DNA of 63,259 bases, filler included, from Octopus bimaculoides (Eukaryota): the NCBI RefSeq assembly GCF_001194135.2. It is 6 parts of 6 records of this genome, joined end to end, with 100 filler letters (N's around TTAATTAATTAA, not from the genome) between each part and the next. Parts side by side here need not be neighbours in the genome. Positions count along the whole stretch, not along the records: positions 13,847 to 32,451 come from NC_069001.1; positions 32,552 to 55,965 come from NC_068982.1; 4 more parts are not named here. One strand, 5' to 3'. Shown in pieces: positions 24,846 through 38,463 of the stretch. Both the position numbers and the translations under genes were made by a program. A model generated the notes under the pieces. It did no database searches and had not been told where the DNA came from. It saw nothing but the letters and a program-made list of their open reading frames with translations. Position 1 is the stretch's first letter. Each line of letters opens with the position of its first letter.

Positions 24846-25758
24846 TAGCAATATTTCTGAGAAGAAGGGTTAGGGTTCCCTCGAGGGGAAAATTCTCCCT
24901 CCCTTCTAGTTCTATGCCAATTCTTTGTAACAGATCTAGTATGTCTGCAACAATGTTTTTGCTCCATCTGAATTCAACAGCAATCGAAAGATGACGGATG
25001 AGTTTCTGAACAGAAGGCTCCATGTCCACTATTTACCAAACTTTTTGCTTAAATAGCAGTAAAGGACCATTTAAAATATTTCTGGAGAAAGAGTACGTTA
25101 GCGATAAAGAAACAAAAACGGTATCAGATAGTTATTATTATAATAGCTAAATAGCACTTAAATCTCACAAAAACAATCTTTTTGCTTTTTTCCATAATAT
25201 GAATTCTTGTGTGTATAACATAAGCTTCAAATAGTTTTCGGAAACTTTCAAAATATAAAAACTTTAGGAGGGGTTATATGTGGTGCATAAACTAGGATTC
25301 CACCAAAATTTAAAGCTCAAATGTGGATGTAAATATTTAAATTTACACTTTATCACTATTGAAATGCATATTCTCTATCGTTAAATCTGTTTTAAATATC
25401 CCCTACATCTTATACTGTTTCTCTATTATTTCAGAAATATCACATGACATTGGCTTAATATTATTTACATTAGATTTATCATCTTTCACAAAATAAAGGA
25501 AGTTGCTACACAAAATGGATATATTCCCTCATCTATAAATCTGTGATAGAATTGGTGTTACACAATTGTTGCCGTGACTTGGGAACATTAGCAAAATTTC
25601 TCTACTTCACTGCCTGGAATATCTTCAAGAGTTGATTGCTTTGTTTAAACTTGGACATATTTCGAAAAGAGGTTGCAGTATCTTAACACATCAATTGAAG
25701 TCACCCTTTATGGAAATATAGTTCTAGATATACTTCAAAGAACAATAGTTGAATTTGA

Positions 25759-27230
<1,472 letters not shown>

Positions 27231-28434
27231 CATTGTGATGTCTGGTAAATCATTTCCAGATAAAAGTAAATTTGGGTGACACATATATATTCATAGAAGA
27301 AGCCTATCTGTGGCAATCATTCATTTGAAATGATAGCTTATATAGGCACATGCAGACTTATGCAGGAGAAAACTGACATTTGTGGAAATTATTACTCTGA
27401 AGGCAGTGCTTTACATATACATTGACGTATTCATACAACAAAGACACCATATCAATGTGATGTCTGTGGTAAATCATTCTCTCACACATCTTCCCCAATA
27501 AAGCACATACGTATTCGTACAGAAGGGCCATTCCACTGTGAGATTTGTGGTAAATCATTCCCAAATAAAAGCAAATTACAGAGACACACATATGTTCATA
27601 CAGGGTAAAAATCCTATAGCTATAATATCTAGCAAATCATCCAGTCAAAAGAATGATTTAAATGAGCATATACGAATTCATACAGGTGAAAAACCATATC
27701 ACTGTGATCTCTGTGTAAAATCTTGCTCTCAAACAGGAGAATGTGATATCTGTAGCAAGTCTTCATTTGCAGGCAGTACCTTACATAAACATAGGCGTAT
27801 TCATACAAGAGAGACACCTTATCACTCTGTTATCTGNNNNNNNNNNNNNNNNNNNNNNNNNNNNNNNNNNNNNNNNNNNNNNNNNNNNNNNNNNNNNNNN
27901 NNNNNNNNNNNNNNNNNNNNNNNNNNNNNNNNNNNNNNNNNNNNNNNNNNNNNNNNNNNNNNNNNNNNNNNNNNNNNNNNNNNNNNNNNNNNNNNNNNNN
28001 NNNNNNNNNNNNNNNNNNNNNNNNNNNNNNNNNNNNNNNNNNNNNNNNNNNNNNNNNNNNNNNNNNNNNNNNNNNNNNNNNNNNNNNNNNNNNNNNNNNN
28101 NNNNNNNNNNNNNNNNNNNNNNNNNNNNNNNNNNNNNNNNNNNNNNNNNNNNNNNNNNNNNNNNNNNNNNNNNNNNNNNNNNNNNNNNNNNGTGATATCT
28201 ATGGTCAATTTATTCTCTAGGAATACAAGCTTAGCTCAACACAAACATACACATACAGGTGAGAAACCTTGTCACTGTGTTCTCTGTGGAGAATCATTCT
28301 CTCAAAGTGGTAAATCGTCTAGTCATGAACATGTTCGTATAGCAGAGAAGCTGTTTATCTGTGATATTTGTAGTAAATCATTCTCTAGAAATTTTCACTT
28401 AACTACAAACAAACATCTTCATACACAGGAGTGA
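27231..28434 (+). pseudogene. Decayed zinc-finger tail of copy 3
   Basis: Frameshifted finger relics; ends with the same RNTSL / [11 protein letters not shown] / RNFHL fingers seen at the end of copy 1 and in the copy-2 tail. Confidence 0.85.
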
Positions 28435-31400
28435 ATGTATTACAGAAATATTCTTTTGGCAACTACTTCTCTGGAACTTTAGCAAATCTATTAAAAGAGA
28501 AGATAAGCGGTATCAACTTGATATTTGTGGTAAATTAATTTCTTTTGGCAATGACTAAATAAGTCACAAACATGAAAACGAAAGACAAGCCGTATCACAG
28601 TGACATCTGTAGATACAAAAACTATGCTATAACAATGTCATAATCATCATTTTCTATTTCTGTGTTGGAGTTAAGAGTCAAATGTTTTGTTACTCAAATC
28701 TTTCGTCACTATCTCCTGTTCTTGGTGAGCAGTTGCTTAGTCTTCCAGATCAGTTATGCATATATTGCATGTCTAGGAGAAGCTATTATTCCTGTCAATG
28801 TTGCTGGCATTCTGTAGCTAGCATATCCATGCATAGCTTTCTGCCCATATGATGGGTATTTCTCTTCCAAGTCTCTAATCCAGCTCCCTTGTGTGTGTGT
28901 ATGTATGTGTGCTTGTCTTGACATAATGCAATAGTTGGAAGTGAGGTGTCCCTGTCATGCAACCAGTGCCATTTGTTTCACATCTTACATAAAGAACTTA
29001 GTTGGCCACAGCAATGTATTACCTTGCTTCAAAATGGGTGAGGGTTGGTGACGCAAAAGGTATATGACTATAAGAAATTTGCATCACTGAATTGTTTGAC
29101 CCATGCAGGCATAGAAAAGTAGACATGAAAATGATAATTATGATATACACACAAACACATATTTGAGTGTTAAAATGGTAGAAAAGTATTCAAGACATGT
29201 AGCTGTGTATATTTACTGACTCTTGTTTTAAGGACTCATTTTGACTCAGGCCTGTCATGGAGAAACTGAAACAAATGACACTATGGATGAGCCTTTTGTT
29301 TACAATGATGATGCAACACATCAAAGCATGTTAAGAAACATAGACATACTTTCACAGTAGGCTGCAAACAAACCAACTCCATCAGAGANNNNNNNNNNNN
29401 NNNNNNNNNNNNNNNNNNNNNNNNNNNNNNNNNNNNNNNNNNNNNNNNNNNNNNNNNNNNNNNNNNNNNNNNNNNNNNNNNNNNNNNNNNNNNNNNNNNN
29501 NNNNNNNNNNNNNNNNNNNNNNNNNNNNNNNNNNNNNNNNNNNNNNNNNNNNNNNNNNNNNNNNNNNNNNNNNNNNNNNNNNNNNNNNNNNNNNNNNNNN
29601 NNNNNNNNNNNATAATGATGGTTATTGTGTTACTGCCAAAAGGAAGCAACTGTTTCAGCAATATTGCCATACAGATTATTTGGACAGAGAGGCAAGAAAT
29701 GATTTATGTGAGAGCTATAAGAGTGATAGTTGCAATATTAATTGCAAAATTCTAGTGGTGAGCTGGCAGAATTGTTAGTATGCCAGGCAAAATGCTTAGT
29801 GGCATTTCGTCCATCTTTACATTCTGAATCAATATTCCACCAGTGTCACCTTCGCCTTTCATCCTTTCAGAGTTGATAAAATAAGTACCATATTAGCACA
29901 GTGGTTGATGTAATTGACTTGCACCCACCCCCAAGTTTCTGTCCTTGTGCCAAACTTTGAAACCAATAATAATAGCAATATTTCTGAGAAGAAGGGAGGG
30001 CAGATAGGTAGGTGGTTGATTCTATATATTTATATATTCTGGTTTTGAATATGGGCGCAGGGACTGCAATTTTCGAGGAGTTAATTTCCATGACCGCTCA
30101 ACCCAGTAGAATTTCAACACAGAGCATAAAGTCGGGAGAAGTGACCTGATGCATTTTGTCCAGTGTAGTAATGATTTTGCCGGCTCAATCTGCTTTATCT
30201 TTATATATAATATCCGTATATGATAACCTGTGTATCAATTATGTATATAAAAAATAAAAATATAAACAAAATTAAAATGTATATCAGGATGTTGGGCCTC
30301 ATGGAGGAAATAATAATGGACCGAGATATCTGTCAGTATGAGGTTTTTGAGAAGATCCACTCACGTCAGCAAAACCGAGTTCTAGAAGCACTGTGAGTCT
30401 CACCTACATTTAACAAGAAACCTTCTCACACACTCTACAAGAACAAAGCAAACTTACCCCTCTTACATTTCTTCTCTTCCTCGTATTTCCACTTCATGTA
30501 CTATACTTACCTCCCACTCCAAAATTCTGTCTACTTAGCCCTGTCTCACTTCATTGCTACCTGCTAGCCCATGACCTGTGTGTTCTACTAACACATAACA
30601 AGAAAACCTTTCACACACCCTACCCCAACAAACCAATCTATATCTCTTCTCTTCCTCACCTTCCCTCCTTCATATACTGCCTACCTCTCACTCCTAAATC
30701 CTGTTCTCACAGCCCTATTTCTCAGTAACATTGCTATCCAGTACCTCACTTTATATGTGCCCAAGTTTTCACCACTCACTTCCCCACCCCTCTGCACGTT
30801 CTAATCCTGCTTCTTTTGCAACATCATTCCACCAGACTGGCTCTCATACAAGTAGCACATAAAAACACCTTTTGAGATTAGTCGTTGCCAGAATTGCCTC
30901 ACTGGCCCACGTGCCGGTGGCACGTAAAAGCACCCACTACACTCTTGGAGTAGTTGGCATTAGGAAGGGCATCCAGCTGTAGAAACTTTGCCAGATCATA
31001 TTGAGCCTGGTGCAGCCTCTGGCTCACCAGTCCTCAGTCAAACCGTCCAACCCATGCGAGCATGGAAAGTGGACATTAAACGAAAATGATGATTCCATTT
31101 ATATTATGGCATTCGAACCTCAAGGGTATGACCTGGCACTTGCCACTATCTATATCTCTCTCTTCCTTTACTCAACCATTCCATGTATATTCTGATCCAT
31201 GTCCCTTATGTGTATGGCCAGCACTTTGCTACCATCTCTATCCTGCTGTCACCCACTCTCTCTCTCTCCTTCTCTCCCCTCAGGTTGGGTAAGCATATAC
31301 CTCCTTTGCGGCAGCACACCTGTGTCTGTCTTCATTGTTGATCTCTCTCTCCAGCCAGGTAACCTTGTACCTCCTGTACAGCAAGGCATCTGTCTCACTA

Positions 31401-32551
31401 TAACCTTTCATCACCTGACATAAGATCACCTCCTCCAATGCCCCATCTCCTTGCAAAAGATTTTCATCTTACAAGTTACTTGGTGACTCTGTCAGTGCAG
31501 GTGCCACTTAAAAAGGATCCAGTCCNNNNNNNNNNNNNNNNNNNNNNNNNNNNNNNNNNNNNNNNNNNNNNNNNNNNNNNNNNNNNNNNNNNNNNNNNNN
31601 NNNNNNNNNNNNNNNNNNNNNNNNNNNNNNNNNNNNNNNNNNNNNNNNNNNNNNNNNNNNNNNNNNNNNNNNNNNNNNNNNNNNNNNNNNNNNNNNNNNN
31701 NNNNNNNNNNNNNNNNNNNNNNNNNNNNNNNNNNNNNNNNNNNNNNNNNNNNNNNNNNNNNNNNNNNNNNNNNNNNNNNNNNNNNNNNNNNNNNNNNNNN
31801 NNNNNNNNNNNNNNNNNNNNNNNNNNNNNNNNNNNNNNNNNNNNNNNNNNNNNNNNNNNNNNNNNNNNNNNNNNNNNNNNNNNNNNNNNNNNNNNNNNNN
31901 NNNNNNNNNNNNNNNNNNNNNNNNNNNNNNNNNNNNNNNNNNNNNNNNNNNNNNNNNNNNNNNNNNNNNNNNNNNNNNNNNNNNNNNNNNNNNNNNNNNN
32001 NNNNNNNNNNNNNNNNNNNNNNNNNNNNNNNATATATATATATAATTTATATATATATATAATTTATATACTGTTCACACTCAAAGGTGTCTGTCTGTAA
32101 TTAACTGTATTATTAGTTCTTCTGCTTTATATCAACTGATGACTAGTTCCTGCTTGGATCTATGCCCACACTCCATGCTTACAGAAATACCCCCAAAGAA
32201 TTTCACCAAAACATAAAACACACACACAAGCATTTATGTGACCTCTGTGCATCTGCCCACTAACTACACACAGCTCTCTCCTGAATCTTGCACCATGGCT
32301 TACAGATACACCTATACCAAAAACAGCCAACATTTCATCTGTCAGTAAGAGACACTTTTCTGTTTTATCTTGATTTACCTTATTCATCACTTTTGAAATC
32401 CCTTTCATTTATTTCAACCCACACCCTTTGCATATCAACACCTCTTATATTNNNNNNNNNNNNNNNNNNNNNNNNNNNNNNNNNNNNNNNNNNNNTTAAT
32501 TAATTAANNNNNNNNNNNNNNNNNNNNNNNNNNNNNNNNNNNNNNNNNNNN

Positions 32552-33001
32552 TATAACTGGGACAGCAAAAGTGTTGATACCCATTATCTTGTTTTTAGCA
32601 TTGAGCTCTGTTTTTAGTATTGATCTAACTCGTCTATAGTACTCTTTCTTTATTTTTTCTTTCATTTGTGTATGTTGTATGCTATCTAGTTCATTGACTC
32701 CTAAATACTTATATGGTTGGCTTTCGTCTAGTTCTCTTATTTCATTGACTTTATCTAGTGTTATATTGCTACTTTTAACTAATTTTCCTCTTTTCAGGGT
32801 TGCTTTGGCACATTTTTCTAATCCTAATTTCATATCTATTTCCTTGGTAAAGCCGTGTACTGTCTGTAGTAGTGTTTCTAGCTCTTTGTCGTTTTTTGCA
32901 TATAATTTTAGGTCATCCATATATAGAAGGTGGCTGACTGTTTTTCCGTATGCATATAATTTTAGGTCATCCATATATAGAAGGTTGCATATAATTTTAG
33001 G

Positions 33002-33005
<4 letters not shown>
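32552..33005 (-). mobile_element. R4/Dong-like (restriction-like endonuclease) LINE, RT-domain fragment
   Basis: Track ORF: HLLYMDDLKLYAKNDKEL...MKLGLEKCAKATLKRGK...YKYLGVNE...IKKEYYRRVRSILKTELNAKNKI.GINTFAVPVI; abuts (AAT)n at 33003-33165. Confidence 0.85.
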
Positions 33006-33098
<93 letters not shown>

Positions 33099-33106
33099 CA
33101 TCATCA

Positions 33107-33169
<63 letters not shown>

Positions 33170-33604
33170 TTACTGCATTGTCGTGCTGATATGGCCTGAA
33201 ATGTTTTTTTTAGCATACACGTGTCTCTGTGGAATATTCAGTCAGTTAATCATTAATATATAAGTAGTGATTGGTCAAAAAGCTAATTGCAGATTCCGAA
33301 ACCGATTGGGGCTCCATCATCAATCAAAATAAGTCAGCAATATTTTTAGTAACCTTGACCAAGGAGTTAATCTTAATGACAAACCAGATTGTTATTTGAT
33401 ATTCTACTTAAACTAACTGTGTTCGTTGTTGTTTAGTCCTAGAGGAGTCTTGATCGAGTCGACTAGGTTTTGTGTATTTCTAGTTGGGACATCTCCTCTT
33501 ATCATTTTTCAAATCACAAACTAAATGTTGCTAAGCCTAATAAGTATTTTGCTTTTAAAGGTAGTGAAAAGTGCTCTAAGTGAATTTCGGTGCTTTTGCT
33601 TTTA

Positions 33605-33775
33605 CATTATTTCCATTATTTACATTTGACGGATATTTGTCCTCATCTTGTTTGTTGTTAACACGACGTTTCGGCTGATATACCCTCCAGCCTTCATCAG
33701 GTGTCTTGGGAAAATTTATTTCGAACCTGGGTTATCATTCCTAAGGTATGTTTCGATGTTGTTGTTGTTGTTGTT
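33605..33775 (-). mobile_element. Short non-autonomous Penelope/retrozyme-like repeat containing a minimal hammerhead
   Basis: Begins at (AAC)n and contains the hammerhead at 33660-33705. The family assignment is inferred from the ribozyme. Confidence 0.5.
33660..33705 (-). ncRNA. Minimal type I hammerhead ribozyme (palindromic stem III)
   Basis: Minus strand: GACAC-CTGATGA-A-GGCTG(GAGGGTATAT)CAGCC-GAA-ACGT-C^GTGTT; 5-bp stem II, ACGT palindrome in place of stem III, GUC triplet, one extra A after the core. Confidence 0.65.
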
Positions 33776-33779
33776 ATGG

Positions 33780-34325
33780 CTACATGGAATTGATTGTGAA
33801 GTCCCTTCTTGAGTAATTTTTCTTCGTGTCCTTTCTGTACTCCTTCCTTTGTTTTTCCTTTTTTCTCTGCTTTCAATACTCCCTCATTCCTAACTGTCAC
33901 TAGCAAGGTTTACTTACTTCGGGGGCTCGGTATCTTGTTAAGCTCTCGATTTCGATACGCACACAGTCTTCTAAACTTATCAGTTCTCTTCCTCCATTTG
34001 CACTCTTCGTGTATAGAGGATCAGTGTCTGCATGTGGATGATGGGCTCCATGCATCGTTAGAAGCTTTCTTGACTTCCTGTCCAACTCCTTTAGCACCTC
34101 CTCTGTCCTCTTGAGGATTCCAGCGGCATACCGAACTACTGCAACTGCGCACGCGTTTATTGCCGAAATCATGTTTCTGGCATTCAGTTTTGAAGCCAAT
34201 AATTTTCTCACTCGCCGCAGGTACCTTCTTTTTGTCTTTTCCTTCATGTCGTTGTGTTTGTTTCCAACTGCCTCGGGTATCCCTAGGTATGTATAGCTAG
34301 ATTGAGGTTGAATTGCCTTCACCAT
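33780..34325 (-). mobile_element. R4/Dong-like LINE fragment (RT C-terminus/thumb)
   Basis: SYTYLGIPEA...RRYLRRVRKLLASKLNARNMISAINACAVAVVRYAAGIL...RKSRKLLTMHGAHHPHADTDPLY.KSANGGREL, then KKGLHNQFH. Confidence 0.85.
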
Positions 34326-34354
34326 CATCATCATCATCAATATTATGATTATAT

Positions 34355-34835
34355 GATAACTCACAGCTTAATTTGCTGGGTATGATGGAAAGTATCAGCT
34401 GTCCACAGCCAGTAGACTAAGGTGATGCTTCTAGAACCCTGTGAAGAATTCTTGCAGTTCCAAGCAATGCTGATTCTTGTAGGTGTTCTACCTATGCACT
34501 TGCACCAGTCTTTTTTCAGCCATGTTGGTAGTTGAGTGCTGATACTTCCAAGTTCACCAATTACTCTCTTCATCTACTCTCTTCATTGAGTACAACCTTC
34601 GTATTTCCCACTTTAAATCGTCATAGCTGTTTATTTTTCCTTCTTCTTTCGCGCTGATCCTGTTGTCACCAGTGCATGCTATGTCGCTTACCATACATAT
34701 TCTTTCTTTTTTATTCACACAACATGTCCAGTTCCTGATGTCTGGTTGATTGATCGCACTGGATCATCCGAAAAGACATCGGAAACTGGACATCGTTGTG
34801 GTGAATAAAAAAGAACATGTATGATAATCGACATA
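34355..34835 (-). mobile_element. R4/Dong-like LINE 3' end with endonuclease relic; inverted near-identical copy at 35450-35765 (+)
   Basis: IQCDQ...ELDML..NKKERICMVSDIACTGDNRI.AKEEGKINSYDDLKWEIRRLYSMKRV...IGELG, the PD..D endonuclease region, followed by a short 3' UTR ending in ATC/AAT repeats. Confidence 0.75.
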
Positions 34836-35408
34836 TCATTATTATTATTATTGTTGTTGTTGTTGTTGCTGTTTGTTGTTTGTTGTTGTTGGTTGTTGCT
34901 GTTGTTGTTATGCTTATCATTACTTTTAATCTGCATATTTATTACAGTCATTTGCCGAGACACACCCAGTGTGTCTGTGTGAAAGACACACTGGCTGAAA
35001 GATAAAAGATCTTACAGTATCACTGAAAGCTTGGAGAGGGGAAGTGGCAGGGGCAATAACGAAATATCTTCATTCCCTTTTTATCATACGTAGGGCACCT
35101 ACAACAAGAACAGTTTTCACTTTGAGATACCACATATTTACTTTGTCAAATTCCTTTTCAGAAACGTATGATAAAAAGGGAATGAAGATATTTCGTTATT
35201 GCCCCTGCCACTTCCCCTCTCCAAGCTTTCAGTGATACTGTAAGATCTTTTATCTTTCAGCCAGTGTGTCTTTCACACAGACACACTGGGTGTGTCTCGA
35301 CAAGTGACTGTAATAAATATGCAGATTAAAAGTAATGATAAGCATAACAACAACAACAGCAACAACCAACAACAACAAACAACAAACAACAACAACAAAC
35401 AACAACAG

Positions 35409-35439
<31 letters not shown>

Positions 35440-35765
35440 AATAATAATGCTATGTCGATTATCATACATGTTCTTTTTTATTCACCACAACGATGTCCAG
35501 TTTCCGATGTCTTTTCGGATGATCCAGTGCGATCAATCAACCAGACATCAGGAACTGGACATGTTGTGTGAATAAAAAAGAAAGAATATGTATGGTAAGC
35601 GACATAGCATGCACTGGTGACAACAGGATCAACGCGAAAGAAGAAGGAAAAATAAACAGCTATGACGATTTAAAGTGGGAAATACGAAGGTTGTACTCAA
35701 TGAAGAGAGTAGATGAAGAGAGTAATTGGTGAACTTGGAAGTATCAGCACTCAACTACCAACATG
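34521..35765. repeat. About 0.6-kb near-perfect inverted duplication with a 72-bp spacer
   Basis: Arms 34521-35091 and 35164-35765; a few substitutions and different (AAC)n lengths. Confidence 0.9.
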
Positions 35766-35769
35766 TTTC

Positions 35770-36880
35770 TGAAACAATTACATCTATTAGTCTAGAAGTA
35801 TTGCTTCCCTATCTTCCTAGGTCGATTAGCATGGATCGTTCTGTCAGTGTTGCCTGGAAAATCCCAGAGGATAGTGATATTTTTACCTTCAACAATTTGA
35901 TCAGGATGATATTCATACAAGTACCGTAAATCCTCGAGTATAGTCCGCCCTTGAGTATAGTACGCAGGGGATTTTTAGGGGGCTGTACCTCTGAAAAACC
36001 TAAACCTTGTGTATAATACGCCCCCTACTCTAACTTGAGTCAAGGAGGTCTATATAACGTCCTTGGTTTGTAAACGTATATACGGTAACGTCCTTTATTA
36101 TTATTGTATATATAACATAATGCAAACGTGTAGCTTTTTTGTGCACTTTGTTAGCAGAAAATAAAGAAATAACAGTGAAAAATAAATATTAAGTAAATTA
36201 CCTTTACATATTTATCACTATCAGTTACAAGCCCGACATCACAAAATGCGTCTGAATAAACATTGCCGGACAGCAAATAGAGACTCGGACATTGCTTAGA
36301 AAATATTTTTCATCTTTAACCTCGTATATAGTACGCACTAGGGATTTTGACCTTTAAATTTTGGGGAAAAAAATGCGGATTATACCCGAGGATTTACGGT
36401 AATCAGGTGTCCTAATTTTGTAGTCTTTACATATTTTCCAATGTAAATATTGTCCTGCCTTATCGTGGTGATTTTTGCATTCGTTCGGTGTCAGGACAGG
36501 GCATCCTCAGACGAGATGTTCTATTGCTTCATCAAATTTATCGCAGAATCTACATTTAGGGTCAGAACCATTTTGAAGAACGGCAGACTGGTAGCTTTTT
36601 GTAAGCAAGCTTTGATCTTGTGCTGCCAATATGAAACCTTCAGTCTCTACTTTCGGTCCTGAACTCCTCAGCCACTGATGGGTCGTTGCTTGGCCTACAT
36701 CAGCATTTCGACTTCAAAGTATATACTGTCCACGCACAGGCTCTTGGCTCCACAGCTCCCCAATTTTTTCTGCACATATCTTTTTACAATCTGCTTGAGC
36801 CATTTTGTTTGCTTTGTGGCAGTGGTTTCAGGTTCTTCATCTATCTAATGCCGAGTTCCCATATGAATTTGAAGCGTCCT
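35770..36880 (-). mobile_element. R4/Dong-like LINE fragment (CCHC knuckle plus endonuclease start), split by a MITE
   Basis: WLRSSGPKVETEGFILAAQDQSLLTKSYQ...DPKCRFCDKFDEAIEHLV*GCP...HWKICK...YEYHPDQIVEGKNITILWDF..NTDRTIHANRP. Confidence 0.8.
35924..36399. mobile_element. 476-bp Tc1/mariner-superfamily (Tc2/pogo-like) MITE
   Basis: 25-bp TIR CCGTAAATCCTCGAGTATAGTCCGC with 2 mismatches; TA target duplication at 35922-35923 and 36400-36401. Confidence 0.85.
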
Positions 36881-36919
36881 CGACAATGTTATTACTATTA
36901 TTACCATTATTATTATGTG

Positions 36920-37255
36920 ATTAAAACTCACAGTTTATTTTGATGGGTTTGGTGGGAAGTGTCAGCTGTCCACACACAGCAGACTAAGATGACACTTGTT
37001 TACTGGTCATGCTTCAAAAACCCTGCGAAGATTTCTTGCAGTTCCAAGCAATGCTGGTTTTTGTAGATGTTCAACCTTCACACTTGCACCAATCTTTTTT
37101 AGCCATGTTGGTAGTTGAGTGCAGATACTTCCAAGTGCACCAATTACTGTTGGTATTACGTCTACTCTCCTCATTGACCACAACCTTCGTATTTCCCCTT
37201 CAAAACGTTTTGTCCAGGCTATTGGGACTTTTCATAAGTAATGGGCGCTCAAATA
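36920..37255 (-). mobile_element. Second R4/Dong-like LINE 3'-end copy
   Basis: Homologous to 34365-34620 (CAGCTGTCCAC..., TTGCAGTTCCAAGCAATGCTG, CCATGTTGGTAGTTGAGTGC); tail runs into AAT-like repeats at 36888-36915. Confidence 0.75.
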
Positions 37256-37633
37256 CCTTTACCATCCCGGCATTGACAGAAACAAAAATTAGAAAGAAAA
37301 TATCAAATAAAATATTGATTAGGGAGGGGATAAAGACACTTAACACAGCAAGTTCAGCATAATCCAATCAGATCGAGAGCGGGAATAGGACTGCTTAGGT
37401 GTGGTTGTAAACACAGAAGTGAGGTAGAAATTGGACATAAGGGGAAGATGGTAGAGGCGAGTAGGACGTTCATATCACCGCCGAGAGAAGGGGCCTACTG
37501 CAGCGCTCCTTACTGCCCAAACAGAAATAAGTTAAGAATTGCAGACGTGTATTTTTTAGATATATCTTTGGGAGAAGCAGAGAGACAGAGAGACAGAGAG
37601 GGAGGTGGAGGGGGGAGAGAATAGGGAGAGAGG

Positions 37634-37728
37634 AATAGAGAGCGAGGAGTAAAAATAGAGAGCGAGGAGTAAAAATAGAGAGCGAGGAGTAAAAATAGAG
37701 AGCGAGGAGTAAAAATAGAGAGCGAGGG
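37634..37728 (+). repeat. 20-bp minisatellite (AAAAATAGAGAGCGAGGAGT), about 4.8 copies
   Basis: Direct reading. Confidence 0.9.
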
Positions 37729-38042
37729 TAAAATGTTACTTTCGAGAAATTGATTAAATTTGAGTACGGAGCAAATAAAGTTCAATTCTGCATTTAAGAC
37801 ACAGCAATAAATTAAATTAATCAAAACTTACAGAGACATGTCATATATATTTTTTAGGTATATCTTTGTATTATATTAGGATCATAGCTTACGGAGTTTT
37901 GACTGGGGCTCCCATTATTCATTGTCGTTACATCATCATCGTTCTCATCATCATCATGATCATGATCATCGTCATCATCATCATCATCATCATAAACATC
38001 CCCAGATGATTATGTTATTTTTTTATTTTCTTCCCTTTTCAG

Positions 38043-38153
38043 ATACAAAACCAGCAACCACAATATATTGACAATAAGTTGACTGTAGCAATTCTTGTCA
38101 CCATTTTCTGCTTTTTTCCAACAGGCATTCCTGCTATTATTTATGCATCTAAA
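38043..38153 (+). CDS. CD225/dispanin (IFITM/PRRT1-like) membrane protein, internal exon
   Basis: TTTTCAG acceptor, GTAAGT donor, 111 nt, phase 0/0: IQNQQPQYIDNKLTVAILVTIFCFFPTGIPAIIYASK, matching the CD225 first hydrophobic segment (..CxxPxGxxAxxY). Confidence 0.8.
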
Positions 38154-38215
38154 GTAAGTAAAATACGATCATTTCTTACGAGATATTCTATTCATTTCCA
38201 TACATTTTATCCAGT

Positions 38216-38378
38216 CGTGGCTGTGCGATAAGAGGTTTGCTTCTCAACCACATGGTTCCGGGTTCAGTCCTGGGGCAAGTGTTTCCTGCAATAGTCTCGT
38301 GTTGATCAAAGCCTTGTGAATGGATTAAGCAGATGGAAACTGAAAGAATCTTGTCATACGCGCACACACACACACACA

Positions 38379-38463
<85 letters not shown>

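Noticed and set aside
24867-24877. GGGTTAGGGTT at the apparent start of ZNF unit 3
   Set aside because: Under two telomeric units; could be chance, so not called an interstitial telomere or healed breakpoint.
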